Source of the DNA: Octopus sinensis
Taxonomy: Eukaryota
Direction of reading: 5' to 3'
NCBI RefSeq assembly: GCF_006345805.1
Contig: NC_043017.1
Coordinates: forward strand, 9,672,001-9,736,000
DNA: 64,000 nucleotides
Under the pieces are notes generated by a model. The model made no database searches and was not told where the DNA came from. It was given only the letters and a program-made list of their open reading frames with translations. Shown piece after piece: positions 24,134 to 36,725 of the stretch. A program made the position numbers and the translations under genes. Position 1 is the stretch's first letter. Each line of letters starts with the position of its first letter.

Positions 24134-24748
24134 TCATCATCGTTTAACGTCCGTTTTCCGTGCTAGCACGGGTTGGACGGTTCGACCGGGGTCTGGGAAG
24201 CCTGGAGGCTGCACCAGGCTCCAGTCTGATCTGGCAGTGTTTCTACAGCTGGATGCCCTTCCTAATGTCAACCACTCCACGAGTGTAGTGGGTGCTTTTT
24301 ACGTGCCACCGGCACAGGTGCCAGGGGAGTCTGGCAGCGGCCACGCTCAGGTGGTGCTTTTTACGTGCCACCGGCACAGAAGCCAGTCAAGGCGGCGCTG
24401 GCATCGGCCACGTTCAGATGGTGACTTTTATGTGCCACCTGCACAGGTATCACAACTACTATTTCCATTGATATTTATTTCGATGTTCTTATCAATGGAT
24501 AGCTGCCTTGACTAGCTTCCGTGCCGGTGGCACGTTAAAAGCACCAACCGATCGTGGCCGCTGCAAGACTCCCCTGGCACGTAAAAAGCACCAACTACAC
24601 TTGCGGAGTGGTTAGCATTAGGAAGGGCATCCAGCTGTAGAAACACTGCCAGATCAGACTGGAGCCTGGTGCAGCCTCCTGGCTTCCCAGACCCTGGTCG
24701 AACCGTCCAACCCGTGCTAGCACGGAAAACGGACGTTAAATGATGATG
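24134..24748. mobile_element. Two RTE-like LINE 3' ends (family C) in head-to-head inverted orientation, (GAT)n tails outward
   Basis: 24134-~24345 is the reverse complement of ~24545-24748; both carry the variant CCGTGCTAGCACGG; inserted between the tail and head halves of a minus-strand SINE A. Confidence 0.85.
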
Positions 24749-27700
24749 ACACATATAAGATGGGTTTCTTTCAGTTTCCGCCTACCAGATCCACTCACGA
24801 GGCTTTGGTTACATAGCCACACCCTTGATTCGGTTCCATACTGTTTTAAATAATAATATATGTAACTCCTACGAAAGGTGTTGAATGCCTTTTTTATTTT
24901 GTTTGTCCACTCATTCATATATATGTGTGTGTATATATTCACTGTGTTACAAGAGGCAACTAAAAAGGTTTGTGACAGGAAGGGTATCCAGCTGTAAAAC
25001 CCTTATTTGGAAAAAAGCATCTCACTCATGCCAGCATCGAAAGGCAGATATAAAATGCCTCCCCTACTGCTAATAATGATATTTCTATTTCTATCTTTTT
25101 ACAGAATTGTCCAATTTTTACTAATTGCTTCAAAACACACACTTTCATACACATAAACTTTCACATAATTATAACCACACACACACATACACATCAGCTT
25201 GTGTTTTGTCAACAGCCTTTCATGAAACAATGAGCACTTGACCTTAAACATAGTTTTTTTCCAAACCACATGCAGTGACATAATTAATTTTCTTTTGGTT
25301 AGAGGAAGCATCTAATTATGCCAAGTGGTTAAGCCTTTATCCATTACAAACTACCAAAGATAGGCGTAGTCAGTCACTGTCAAGACCTCAGGTGTTCTTC
25401 CCCCACCACTGTTGATTTCCTGTGTAAAATAAGAGTAACTGCTGTCTAAGCCCCACAAGGTGGGGTGGCTCTTGTGAGTGCTGCTGGCCATTCTTTGTGA
25501 CCATGCCTTTGCAATCATGTCCACGACCCATCACTTTCACCTTCCCCATCTTCTACTTAATTCCCACCCCTTTTTCCCCATTTTTTCTTTATTTCCTTGG
25601 AAAGGTAGTTGTGGGTTTTATTCTTTTCTCAATAATTTTATCATTTATACTTTTAATGCTTTTTTTACTCCCTTTTTCATCCTAAAAGTGTTAATAAAAT
25701 TCACCATTGATTTTCTGACATCCTTGGTTCCAAAGCCTTGATAGTTAAACTGTCTTGCTAGACCATCTGTGGTTACATGATAATGAGTAATTCATATCCC
25801 CTCATCCCCTAGCATGAACCTGACCCCTATTCCCCCGATTTCCCCATAGTGGGTAGTTCACTTTGTGATCTCAATAGTTCAAATGACATGAAAGAAAAGC
25901 ACCCAGTACTCACTATACAGTGGTTAGTGTTAGGATGGTTATCCAGCTGTAGATACCATACCAAAGCAGGCATCAGAGTACGATACAGCCATTGGACTCA
26001 TCCAACCCTGTCAAACTGCTAAATCCATGCCAGCATAGAACGTGGGCATTAAATGATGACGATGATACCTCTGAACTACTAATTATATGCTAATTATTAA
26101 TTGTCATACAGTTTACATACCAAAACCCCACGGTCAGTTTATTCCATCTACTTTATCCGGGGTTGATATAGTTTGGTGTTTTAAGTTTGACTCTTTCACT
26201 GACACGCTTAGTTCTGTTATCTTCGATTGCCATGGCTAAGGTGAATTTTAAGGTAAATAAGCAGAGGAGCTCTCAAAATGTTGGTGGTAATTACCACTAA
26301 CAAACACAGTGTAATAACTGCATATGAACACATGATACACACAATGCCACCTGTGGTGACACAGTGTACTAGACTGGCAGCCGAGGAAATTTCAAGTTCC
26401 TTCCTTGTAATTTAATCAGATTAAAGAAGGTGCTGGACTGTCATTTGATGGAAAATCAGTGATATACCTGTACCTACGTTCTTCGCTGTAACCTATGTTC
26501 TTCATGCCATATATTGATTTCAAATTTTGGCACAAGGCCAGCAATTTAGGGGCAGCAAGTAAGTCGATTACATTGACTCCAGTGCTCAACTGGTACCTGT
26601 TAATCAACCCTGAAAGGATGAAAGACAAAGCCGACCTCAGCGGAATTTGAACCCAGAAGGTAAAGGTGGACGAAATGTCATTAAAGCATTTTGGCCGATG
26701 TGCTAACAATTCTGTCTTCCTCACGCTATATATTGGTAGGTCTTTGAAGTCTTGGAGCAGTGAAGAGGAATGCGTTGCCATTTCAGGAATGGTGATTATA
26801 ATGCTGATTCTTTAATAAAACTGGTTGTCATAATTAATATGTTTGCTGCAAATTAGGTGTTAGTTAATTGGTGTTTGGTGTAAATTACTGCTTATGTTGA
26901 TGAAATAGGTTGATTAGTTGGTTGGGTGGGGGGATGGGGGTATTGATAGTGGACAGCAGTTCAACTTGTCACCTTTCTCTCTCTCACCTATATATTTACA
27001 CACTTGCACTCGTGCTTACACATTCTTGCACTTGTACATACATTCATTCACACACTCATTGTGTGAGTGTGTGTAAGTTATGTAAGAGAAAATGGGAGAG
27101 AAATAGACAGGGAAGAGAGACAAGCAGAATAGTGAAAGAAAGAGATATAACACACACACATACACACTGGACTTGAGCACATACAACACCTCTCTCTTAC
27201 ACACACACACGCACACACTCTTAGACTGACTGTCTCTATTATGCTCGCTTTTCGCTTTATTTTGAAGAGGATTCGCTCTCTAAAATTTCTCATGATTGTA
27301 TGCAAACAGTCGGTGAGCTGGCAGAGACGTTAGCACGCCGGGCGAAATGCGTAGCCATATTTCGTCTACCGTTACGTTCTGAGTTCAAATTCCACCGAGG
27401 TCGACTTTGCCTTTCATCCTTTCGGGGTCGATAAATTAAGTACCAGTTACACACTGGGGTCGATGTAATTGACTTGATCCGTTTGGCTGTCCTTGTTTGT
27501 CTCCTCTGTGTTTAGCCCCTTGTGGGTAGTAAAGAAATATGTATGCAAACACTGCCCAGAAACAGTAATGCCAAAGATGACAAGATCCCTGTGGATCATA
27601 TCTATGACCTGGGTTTGATTCTGAAGTGGTAGTCATTTGGGTTCCTTTTACACATTGCTCACATTTAAGTAGAAGGAATTACCATATCTGATTTCATAGA

Positions 27701-27931
27701 CACATGCATCAGTTTTTTTTTTCTGCTCTAAAAATAAGTCTCACAAAAAAATCCCCCCCCCCCGGGTCCCATGTGCAAATTTGAGTGCCATGTAAAAATG
27801 CATCCCTGCCAGCACAGTGTATAGAAGCACCCATTCCACCCTGTAAAGTGGTTGGCATTAGGAAGGGCATCCAGCTGTAGAAACCATACCAAAACAGACT
27901 GGAACCTGGTGCAGCCCTCCAGCCTTGCCAG

Positions 27932-28250
27932 CTGCTGTCAAACTGTCCGACCCATGCCAGCTGCTGTCAAACTGTCCGACCCATGCCAGCTGCTGTCAAA
28001 CTGTCCGACCCATGCCAGCTGCTGTCAAACTGTCCGACCCATGCCAGCTGCTGTCAAACTGTCCGACCCATGCCAGCTGCTGTCAAACTGTCCGACCCAT
28101 GCCAGCTGCTGTCAAACTGTCCGACCCATGCCAGCTGCTGTCAAACTGTCCGACCCATGCCAGCTGCTGTCAAACTGTCCGACCCATGCCAGCTGCTGTC
28201 AAACTGTCCGACCCATGCCAGCTGCTGTCAAACTGTCCGACCCATGCCAG
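27932..28250 (+). repeat. 29-bp minisatellite x11 (CTGCTGTCAAACTGTCCGACCCATGCCAG) inside a family C 3' end (~27820-28285)
   Basis: 319 bp = 11 apparently identical units, flanked by normal family C sequence and a (GAT)n tail. Confidence 0.95.
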
Positions 28251-28582
28251 CATGGAAAATGGACATTAAATAATGATGATGATAATTTAATGTACTAAAA
28301 ACTGTTTTTCACCTGAATATGCACTGCTGAAATTGGACTGCGTCTAATGTGCCCATGCAGTTTTCATGCTACAATGTGGTATTCAAAGAAAGATTAACTT
28401 CCTTATCCCTGTTGATCCTTTTAATAATTTTTGTTGTGGTTGCTTTTTAGCCCCAGGTCAACCTTGATCCAGTATGACTGTGATCCAACATGATCCAGTT
28501 TTGAACCATTCCGTCTACTAGTTTACCTAAGACAACCAATATTTTCATTCTCCTTTAAGGTTGTAGGGTATGACTTGTGTGA

Positions 28583-28760
28583 GAGGAGCATGGCCTAGTG
28601 GTTAGTGTTTCATTCATGATCGCAAGATCAAGGTTTCAATTCCCCGACCAGGCAGTGCATTGTGTTCTTGAGCAAAACACTTCATTTCATGGTTCTGCTC
28701 ACTTACAATGGACTGGCATCTCATTCAGGGTTAACATGATCTTGGTATAAATCATGGCGA
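28583..28760 (+). mobile_element. tRNA-CORE-type SINE (family D-like head; related copies at 50218-50462 and 60521-60770)
   Basis: tggcctagtggttag...ggtttcaattcc head, then ttgtgttcttgagcaaaacacttcatttc (CORE-like) and a gatggactggcatccc segment. Confidence 0.75.
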
Positions 28761-29042
28761 CCAGGTAATTGGCTCTATGAATCCTGGGACTTGAGGCAGT
28801 GTTGTCCCCAGTGGTTGATGATGACAATGATGATGGAACTTGAGGGATTTGGCTCTTATTTCTAGCTTGTCTTAGACACAAGTCTTCATTGTTGTCATAA
28901 CGGCTTGATTACAAGGTTAAAGGACCCTTCCATTTTAGATTTGTGAGGATAGAACAAACCATTCATTTCACATGATTTAATCAGAAGAAAAAGGATGGCA
29001 CACATGATGCTGAAAATGGAGAAGCTTCAAGACAGTTTAGAT

Positions 29043-29241
29043 CTGTGGTTCTCAACCATTTTTTGCTCATGGATCCCTTGCTTTCATATTTTACTTAGTG
29101 AGGGCCCTCTTAGCCATAGGATTAAATATTATTAGGAATTGTATTAAAAAATGATGAAATATTTTGTAGAAGTTTAACCAGTTTATTGCGGATAAATTTT
29201 AACCAGAAAATCTTATAAGGACCCTTAATTGATGACCACTG
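29043..29241. mobile_element. hAT (Charlie-type) MITE
   Basis: Ends CTGTGGTTCTCAACC / AATTGATGACCACTG; 8-bp flanks GTTTAGAT and GTTTAGGT (1 mismatch), resembling the NTCTAGAN target consensus. Confidence 0.7.
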
Positions 29242-29929
29242 GTTTAGGTGAAAGGTGAAAGTGATCCTCAAAATGCAAAAGACAATTGCTATTCACTTTT
29301 CACTGACATTTTAATTATTCTTTTAACAGATTTTTGTGGTCATGTATGAAAGCCGTAGATGGTGGTGGTCATCGTAATAATTATGGTAGTGGTGGTGGTC
29401 TGGTTGCTGTTCTTTAGCCCCAAGTTAACCCTAATCAACAATCAAAAGGTTTTCTGGACATGACTATTTCTTTATCCAACGTCCTTCTCTTTCTAAGTAA
29501 TTGTGATTTGAGGAGATTTGGTTACTATTTCTAGCAGATAGAATGACCATGTAACGGCTCCTGCAATGGCTTGATATTTTTTTTGCTGTTGATACTGGCA
29601 GTATAGGTGGTGGTAGTGGTGGTGGTTGAGATAATTATTATTATTATGATTTGGCTTTCACCCAGTAATGGTAGCATTTGACATGGCACTGGGCCAGATT
29701 TCTATAAAAAGAGTTATAAAGTGGATGGGTGAGGAAATGATACAGTGACAGTAAGTTGAGGCCATTCCACCCTTTATTACTGGTACCATTCTTCATCATC
29801 GCCTACTTAATTGCTCTGTATATGGTTCAGTAAGATATCAGAATAACTGTGCTGACAAAGCAGTTATAGATACCCTTTTCTTATCTAGGAAGCTTGAAAG
29901 GGTCGATAGTGAGGAAGCTTCTCATAGGG

Positions 29930-30182
29930 TCTTGAAGTTTGCCAGTGGGATCTCCTCAAAGTTTGCCACAGGGGTTCCTCAAAGTTTGTCATGGGGGTTT
30001 CTTGAAGTTTGTCATGGGAGTTCCTCGAAGTTTGCCACGGGGTGTCCTTGAAGTTTGCCTTGGGGGTTCCTTGAAGTATGTCACAGGGTTTCTTCGAAGT
30101 TTGCTGCCAGAGGTCCTGGAAGTTTTTCACCAGAACTTCCTCAAAGTTTGTTGCTAGGGATTCCTCAAAGTTTGCCACTGAG
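29930..30182 (+). repeat. Degenerate ~22-bp minisatellite (core (G/A)AAGTTTG), ~11-12 units
   Basis: Repeated gggttcctcaaagtttgcca-like units. Confidence 0.8.
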
Positions 30183-31637
30183 GGTCGTATGAATTTGTTA
30201 AATGGTTTCAAAGTAGAAATGACTCATTCAACCCATGCCAACATGGAAAGTAGATGTAAAACAATGAGGCTGATGTTACTCTTATTGGGCACAGTACAAG
30301 ATTACCCACACTGGAGTGGTCACTGACCATCCCATTATTCTCTTATCTGATGGGAGACCATACCTCACTTCGATCAATGTTCTATTTACATTAATCCTCA
30401 ATGACAGTATCTGTCAAGCGGGATTATCTCTTATCTCACTGGGCTGTGTTTATCCCCACACCTGCCAGCTTTAATACTGACAACACTGCCCAATGAAAGA
30501 GGTAGAGCTGTCTCTGTATTTCGCCCTCTGGTGGCAATAGTTTAACCCCCCTTTCCTGTTTTTATTTATTTTCTTAAAAATATTTTAGCCAGGAGTGAAG
30601 ACATGTGGCCTAGTGGTTAGCGTGTTGCACTCGTAACCACAAAATCATGGTTTCAATTCCCAAACTGGGTGGTGTGTTTTCTCGACACTTTAATATGACT
30701 CTACTATTTCCCATTTATGGAGCTCTTCAAATTGGAATGGCATTTTGGCATCCTGTCTTTTTGTTATTCCTTCATGCTTTGTCCTCCCTGTATAATCATC
30801 AGAATATGTTTCTTACGGTATGCCTTGATCTCTTATCTTTTACTTGTTTCAATAAAAGGATGGCAGCCATGCTGGGGCACCACCTTGAACGGTTGTCAGT
30901 TAAACAAAATAACCCCAGGACCTTTTTTTTTCTTTCTTTTTTAAAGCATGGTACTTATTCTATTGGCCTCTCTTACTGAACAATTAAGTTATGAGGACAT
31001 AAACAAACCAACCCCAAGCAGTGGTCATGGTGGGACACAAACATACAAACATGTTTATGATGGGCTTCCCCACAATTTCCATCTACCAAATTCTCTAATA
31101 AGGCATTGATCAGCTTGGGGCTATAGTAGAAGACACTTGACCAAGGTGCTGTAGAGCAGGAGTGAACCAAAACCTACATAATTGCAAAGTGGGTTTTTGT
31201 GTAGGTCCAGACCCACTGCATGGCACCATGGGCAAGTGCCTTCGAATAGGGCCCCTATTTGACATTTTCCAGAGGCTTAGACTTCCAAGTTGTTATATGA
31301 AACTTTCCATTTCTTCTCTTCAACACTCAGTTTTCTTTTCTGCTTTTCTGTGGGTTTCCTCTTTTTTTTTAATCTTGTTCTGTTGTCATTATCAGGTTTG
31401 TTCAGTTTTGGACGGGGGGGGGGCGCGGGGCGGTGAGGGGGGGGGTAATGGAAAATCCTATTATTATTGATTTGCCTTTCATCCCACTAACCCTATCTTT
31501 GTAAAGTGGTTGTCAGAAAATAGTTCACAGTGACAAATACAAGATACTCTGCTAAAAATACCAATGACAAAGAAAAAGTCTAAACTATTTTTTTTTCACA
31601 GATAACAAGCATGAAAAACAAACAAAAAGCAATGGAT

Positions 31638-31676
<39 letters not shown>

Positions 31677-32039
31677 GATGTGTGTAAAGTGGTTGGTGTT
31701 GGTAAGTGTAGAAAAAAACCAAGGCAGAAATGAAGCTTATTAACAAGCTGTGTTTCCTCCAACCATCAAGGCAAATAGAAACAATCTGTTCAATCCATGC
31801 CCGCATGAAAAGTGGATGTATATTATTGGTTTCATGTTACATTTTCAGTTTTTTTTTTAGTGTGTGTGTCTCCAATGTTTTTCTGTGTTGGTGGTGAGGG
31901 TTACTCCAAAAATGAAAAACATTTAGTTTTGACTTTTTCCTTCCTTGTCATTGGTATTTTTGGCAGTGTATCTGTTGTAATTTGTCTCTCTGAACTATTT
32001 TCTGATGTGACTAAATTTCACTGTAAAAATTCACGTATA

Positions 32040-32442
32040 GGCGCAGGAGTGGCTGTGTGGTAAGTAGCTTGCTAACCAACCACATGGTTCCGGGTTCAGT
32101 CCCACTGCGTGGCATCTTGGGCAAGTGTCTTCTACTATAGCCTCGGGCCGACCAAAGCCTTGTGAGTGGATTTGGTAGACGGAAACTGAAAGAAGCCCGT
32201 CGTATATATGTATATATATATATATATGCATGTGTGTGTGTCTGTGTTTGTCCCCCTAGCATTGCTTGACAACCGATGCTGGTGTGTTTATGTCCCCTTT
32301 ACTTAGCGGTTCGGCAAAAGAGACCGATAGAATAAGTACTGGGCTTACAAAAGAATAAGTCCTGGGGTCGAGTTGCTCGATTAAAGGTGGTGCTCCAGCA
32401 TGGCCGCAGTCAAATGACTGAAACAAGTAAAAGAGTAAAGAG
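32040..32442 (+). mobile_element. SINE family A, full length
   Basis: GGCGCAGGAGTGGCTGTGTGG head through AAGAGTAAAGAG tail. Confidence 0.92.
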
Positions 32443-33784
32443 TATATAATATAGTTTAAAAAATTTTTTTCTTCCTTCCCCAAAATCAAACTTAAGAGTC
32501 ATTATCAACATCATTGTTTTAACGTCCACTTTTTCCATGAAACTTGTTGAGACAGATTTTGTATGATCAGATGCTCTTCCTGTTGCCAACACTCTCCTGA
32601 TTCTTGGCAATATATTTCCTCCCTGTCCTTTAACCCCAAACAGCACAATGAACATGTTTTCATGGAATTTCTTTCTTTCTAATTTTGGCTCAAGGTCAGC
32701 AGTATCATGAGCATCGGGGAGTTGATTGCATCAACCATAATACTTGACAACTATATTTTTATCATCCCCTAAAGGAAGAAAAGCAAAGCTTACCTCAGCA
32801 GAATTTGAACTCAGGACGTAATGAATTGGAAGAAATGTTGTTTAGCATTTTTCCCTGCATGCTACGGATTCTGCCAACAATGGCGCTGTTCAGATGGCAC
32901 CACATGCATCACTCTTGGATTGTCATGGCACAAATTTAAAACATAAGAATGAAGTTTTGAATTCTTCATTGTTGTTCCAACAACCTGATTATCAGGTTAA
33001 GGGACTTCTCTCTGTTAGACTTGGGTCAGAAGAAGCGTTGGAGAAGCAGGGTATTCCTAAAAGAATCAATGTTAATGCTCTGTTGTCATAACATCCACCT
33101 GGATGGCAAAATCAGTCAAGTGTTGCATAAAATACCTTCTGGTAGATCATTAGATCCCTTTACATTCTGAGTACAAATCCTGTTGCAGTTGGCATTTTTT
33201 TTTTTCACCCTTCAGTGGGGCAATAAAATTCAGCCTTTCAGTGTTTAGCTTCAGGAAGATTGGGCTGCTATTTCTAGCGGGTTGGATGATCACATAGCCT
33301 CAGCCCTCTCATTACTGTTTTGCTTCTATGCCTTCTTGTATGGGTTAGAGCTAAAGTTGTTTGCGTTCTGTCATCATTTGAATGCCTGATGTGTCAGAAA
33401 AGGGACCTAAAAGCTAACATAGGTAATGTTTATTCCTTTCTTTATGTAGCATCAGCCAAGATGGCAAAATCAGTCAAGCATCATGCAAAATACCTCATGG
33501 TAGTTCTTTAAATCCTTTTACATTCTGAATACACGTCCTGTTGCAGTTGACTTTTTTTTTCTCTAAACCTCCAGGGAGGGTTACTCTTTTACTTGTTTCA
33601 GTCATTTGACTGCAGCCATGCTGGAGCACCGCCTTTAGTCGAGCAAATCGACCCCGGAATTTATTCTTTGTAAGCCCAGTACTTATTCTATCGGTCTCTT
33701 TTGCCGAACCGCTAAGTGACGGGGACGTAAACACACCAGCATCGGTTGTTAGGCAATGCTAGGGGGACAAACACAGACACACAA

Positions 33785-33819
<35 letters not shown>

Positions 33820-33827
<8 letters not shown>

Positions 33828-33989
33828 ATATAGAGGGCATTATACATACATGCCAGAAGGCATTATACATACATGCCAAACGCTAAGAGGGACAATTAGT
33901 CATTTCTACCAAATTGTCCCTCTTAGCGTTTGGCATGTATGTATAATGCCTTCTGGCATGTATGTATAATGCCCTCTATATATAAATTA
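33820..33989. repeat. Perfect 78-bp inverted repeat with 14-nt loop
   Basis: 33820-33897 is the exact reverse complement of 33912-33989; each arm has an internal tandem GGCATTATACATACATGCCA x2. Confidence 0.95.
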
Positions 33990-34102
33990 ATATGTTCAAT
34001 AGAAATAATTATTTTCGAAATTTTTTCTCTTATGAGGTTTTTACGCTATCTACCTGACAATTTCTTGTTAAGTTTTCCTTATTAAGTAGTTGTCCTTAAT
34101 TG

Positions 34103-34154
<52 letters not shown>

Positions 34155-35281
34155 GACAGGCTTCTTTCAGTTTCCATCTACCAAATCCACTCACAAGGCA
34201 TTGGTCGGCCCGGGGCTATAGCAGAAGACACTTGCCCAAGATGCCACACAGTGGGACTGAACCCGAAACCATGTGGTTGGTTAGCAAGCTACTTACCACA
34301 CAGCCGTCAATAAAATTTTCTTTCCATTTTAAAGCTTGCAGTTTGTGACTTCATCAAGATTTGGCTGTTATTTCTAGCAGGTCTAAAGGCTGCACAGTCT
34401 TCCTCAGTCTCATTACTGTCTTGCATCTATTTCTTCTCATCTGTGTGTGTGTGTGTGTTCTTATTTTATTCTATAAATGTCATTTAACATTGCTGTGCTT
34501 TACGATTAAATTTAATGACCTGCCTTTCGTTGTTCTAAAGGTCAGTCCACCACCACCACCACCGCCACCATCTCTTCCTCCTAATATTGCAGACATATGC
34601 CTGTTGTTGCCTGCAGGAGCGAGCAGGACTGCACTTTGAGTTCTGTGCTGATGTGTGCAATCTTGAGCAAATGTCCTGTACTTATAGCCCTAGGCTGTCC
34701 GATGCCTCGTTAGTGAATTTGATTGATGGAAACCAGCTGCACGTTTTTGTGTTTGTCCCCCATCATCAAGTTGCTTGATAACTGGTGTTAGTTTGTTCGT
34801 GTCCCCAAAACTTACGGGGATGTAAACAAACTAACATTGGTTGGAAAGGTGTAAGTAGGACACACACTCACATTCTCATACACACAAACATGCATATATT
34901 GGAATAACCTAGTGTGAGATAAAGATGTCTGGGACTCTGCTTCAAAAGGATTACATACACATACCCACACAGACACGTGTGTGTGTATGCATATACGTGT
35001 GTGTGTAAATGTCGAATGATGAAAATGAGTGCTCAACACTGCATTGGTGGATATGATTTCTTTATTTGTGAATTAAGGCTACGATTGGTTTCATGTTAAG
35101 CAATATAGGAAAATATCTAAGTGTCTTAACAATTTTTCAAGCCAATCATGTGGAGATAGGTCTCATTGTGTTCGACGTTTTTTTGGTGTCCTGTACCCAT
35201 ATATGCATGTATATATACATGTAGAGGTAGGTACGTACATATATGTATGTATATATGCATATGTTTTATTTATCAATTTAT

Positions 35282-35330
<49 letters not shown>

Positions 35331-36289
35331 CAGCATTTTACTGTGCATGCTGTTCCATGCTGGCATGGGTTCAATAGTTTGACAGGATCCAATGAGCTGG
35401 AGCTCTTCATCAAGCTGCTATGTTTTGCAGCTTGTTGGATCCTGGCAATCCATATATTCTTGTGTGTATGTGTAGCATATACATACATGCAGATGTTTGT
35501 GTGTACAAACATGCTATATATATATGTGTGTATGTGTGTGTGTAACTGTATATATGTACACCCAGAGGCAGAAGCAAAGGTTTATCAATATATATAGACA
35601 TGTGTGTATATATATATATATATCTGCAAATGTACACATGACTGCAAATATATTTGCCATTGCACACTTCACCTCCAGGTAAGAGACATTACCAGGCACT
35701 GAAATGGGCAGATGGAACAAAATCATAAAAGACAAAAAAAAAGCAACAAAAAAAGTCAGAACCAAAACAAAAAAATAAGGGTGAGTTGATGGTCGGTCTG
35801 AAAGAAGGTTGTAAATAATAGAAAAAAAAAAAAAAAAAAAAAGAGAGAGAGAAAATGAATCGGACTAAAATGGCAACAAGCTGAGGTGGAAACAAGGTTT
35901 TTATATAGCATTGTGGAATTATAGTATTGATCCTCCGGCATATCGCTGTGATGGTACGGAGCTTCTGTCTAAATTTATCTGCGTGTACACACACACACAC
36001 ATACATACACACACACACGCACTGTCAGATGCAATCATATTATTTTTCTTCCTCTCTTGTAATCAATATCAGAATCAGTTTATTATTGGCAGAGTCAGTG
36101 GAGTGTCTGATAAACTGTCTTGCTGTAGTTTGCTTATTTGGCTGGTTGGGCGGGGGGGGTTGCCTTTTTGTTTTTGTTATGGGTGTAGGGTTACATTGAA
36201 GGTTTTACTGTTTTACTTAGATTACCTTTCATCTTGCTGCTGTTGTTAAGTACCGGTCATCTACTGGAGTCGGTTGTCATAATCGGTGT

Positions 36290-36725
36290 TGTCACTGTCA
36301 TCAGTCACTGTTGACGTCGTCATTGTCATCTTCCTTGTTGTCATTGCTGTCTTCCTTGTCACTCATCATCGTCATCGTTGTCATCACTCATCATCAGTCG
36401 TCATCATTGTCATTACTCATCATCATTGTCATCACTGTCATCAGTCATCATCATTGTCATCACTCATCATTGTCATCCGTCATCATCATTGCCATCATCA
36501 TTGTCATCACTTACCATTGCCATCACTCATCCTTGTCATCACTCATCAGTGTCATCACTCATCAGTGTCATCACTGTCATCATCATCATTGGTGTCATTG
36601 TTGTCATCTTGTCATTGTCATCATAGTTGTTGTCTTCCAGCATTATTATCAGTGTCGTTGTCGTCATCTTCATCATTGCTGTCATCATCATCTTCATTGT
36701 CACCATCATTGTTGTTGTCATTTCG
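36290..36725. repeat. Degenerate (CAT/TCA)n low-complexity tract
   Basis: Source of the long Ser/His/Ile-rich ORFs in the track. Confidence 0.85.

Noticed and set aside
27932-28250. CRISPR-like appearance of the 29-bp and 66-bp arrays
   Set aside because: Units are contiguous with no unique spacers, there are no cas genes, and the context is eukaryotic.
32040-32110. SINE heads as additional tRNA genes
   Set aside because: They have A/B boxes but no complete cloverleaf or acceptor stem, and continue into repeat bodies.
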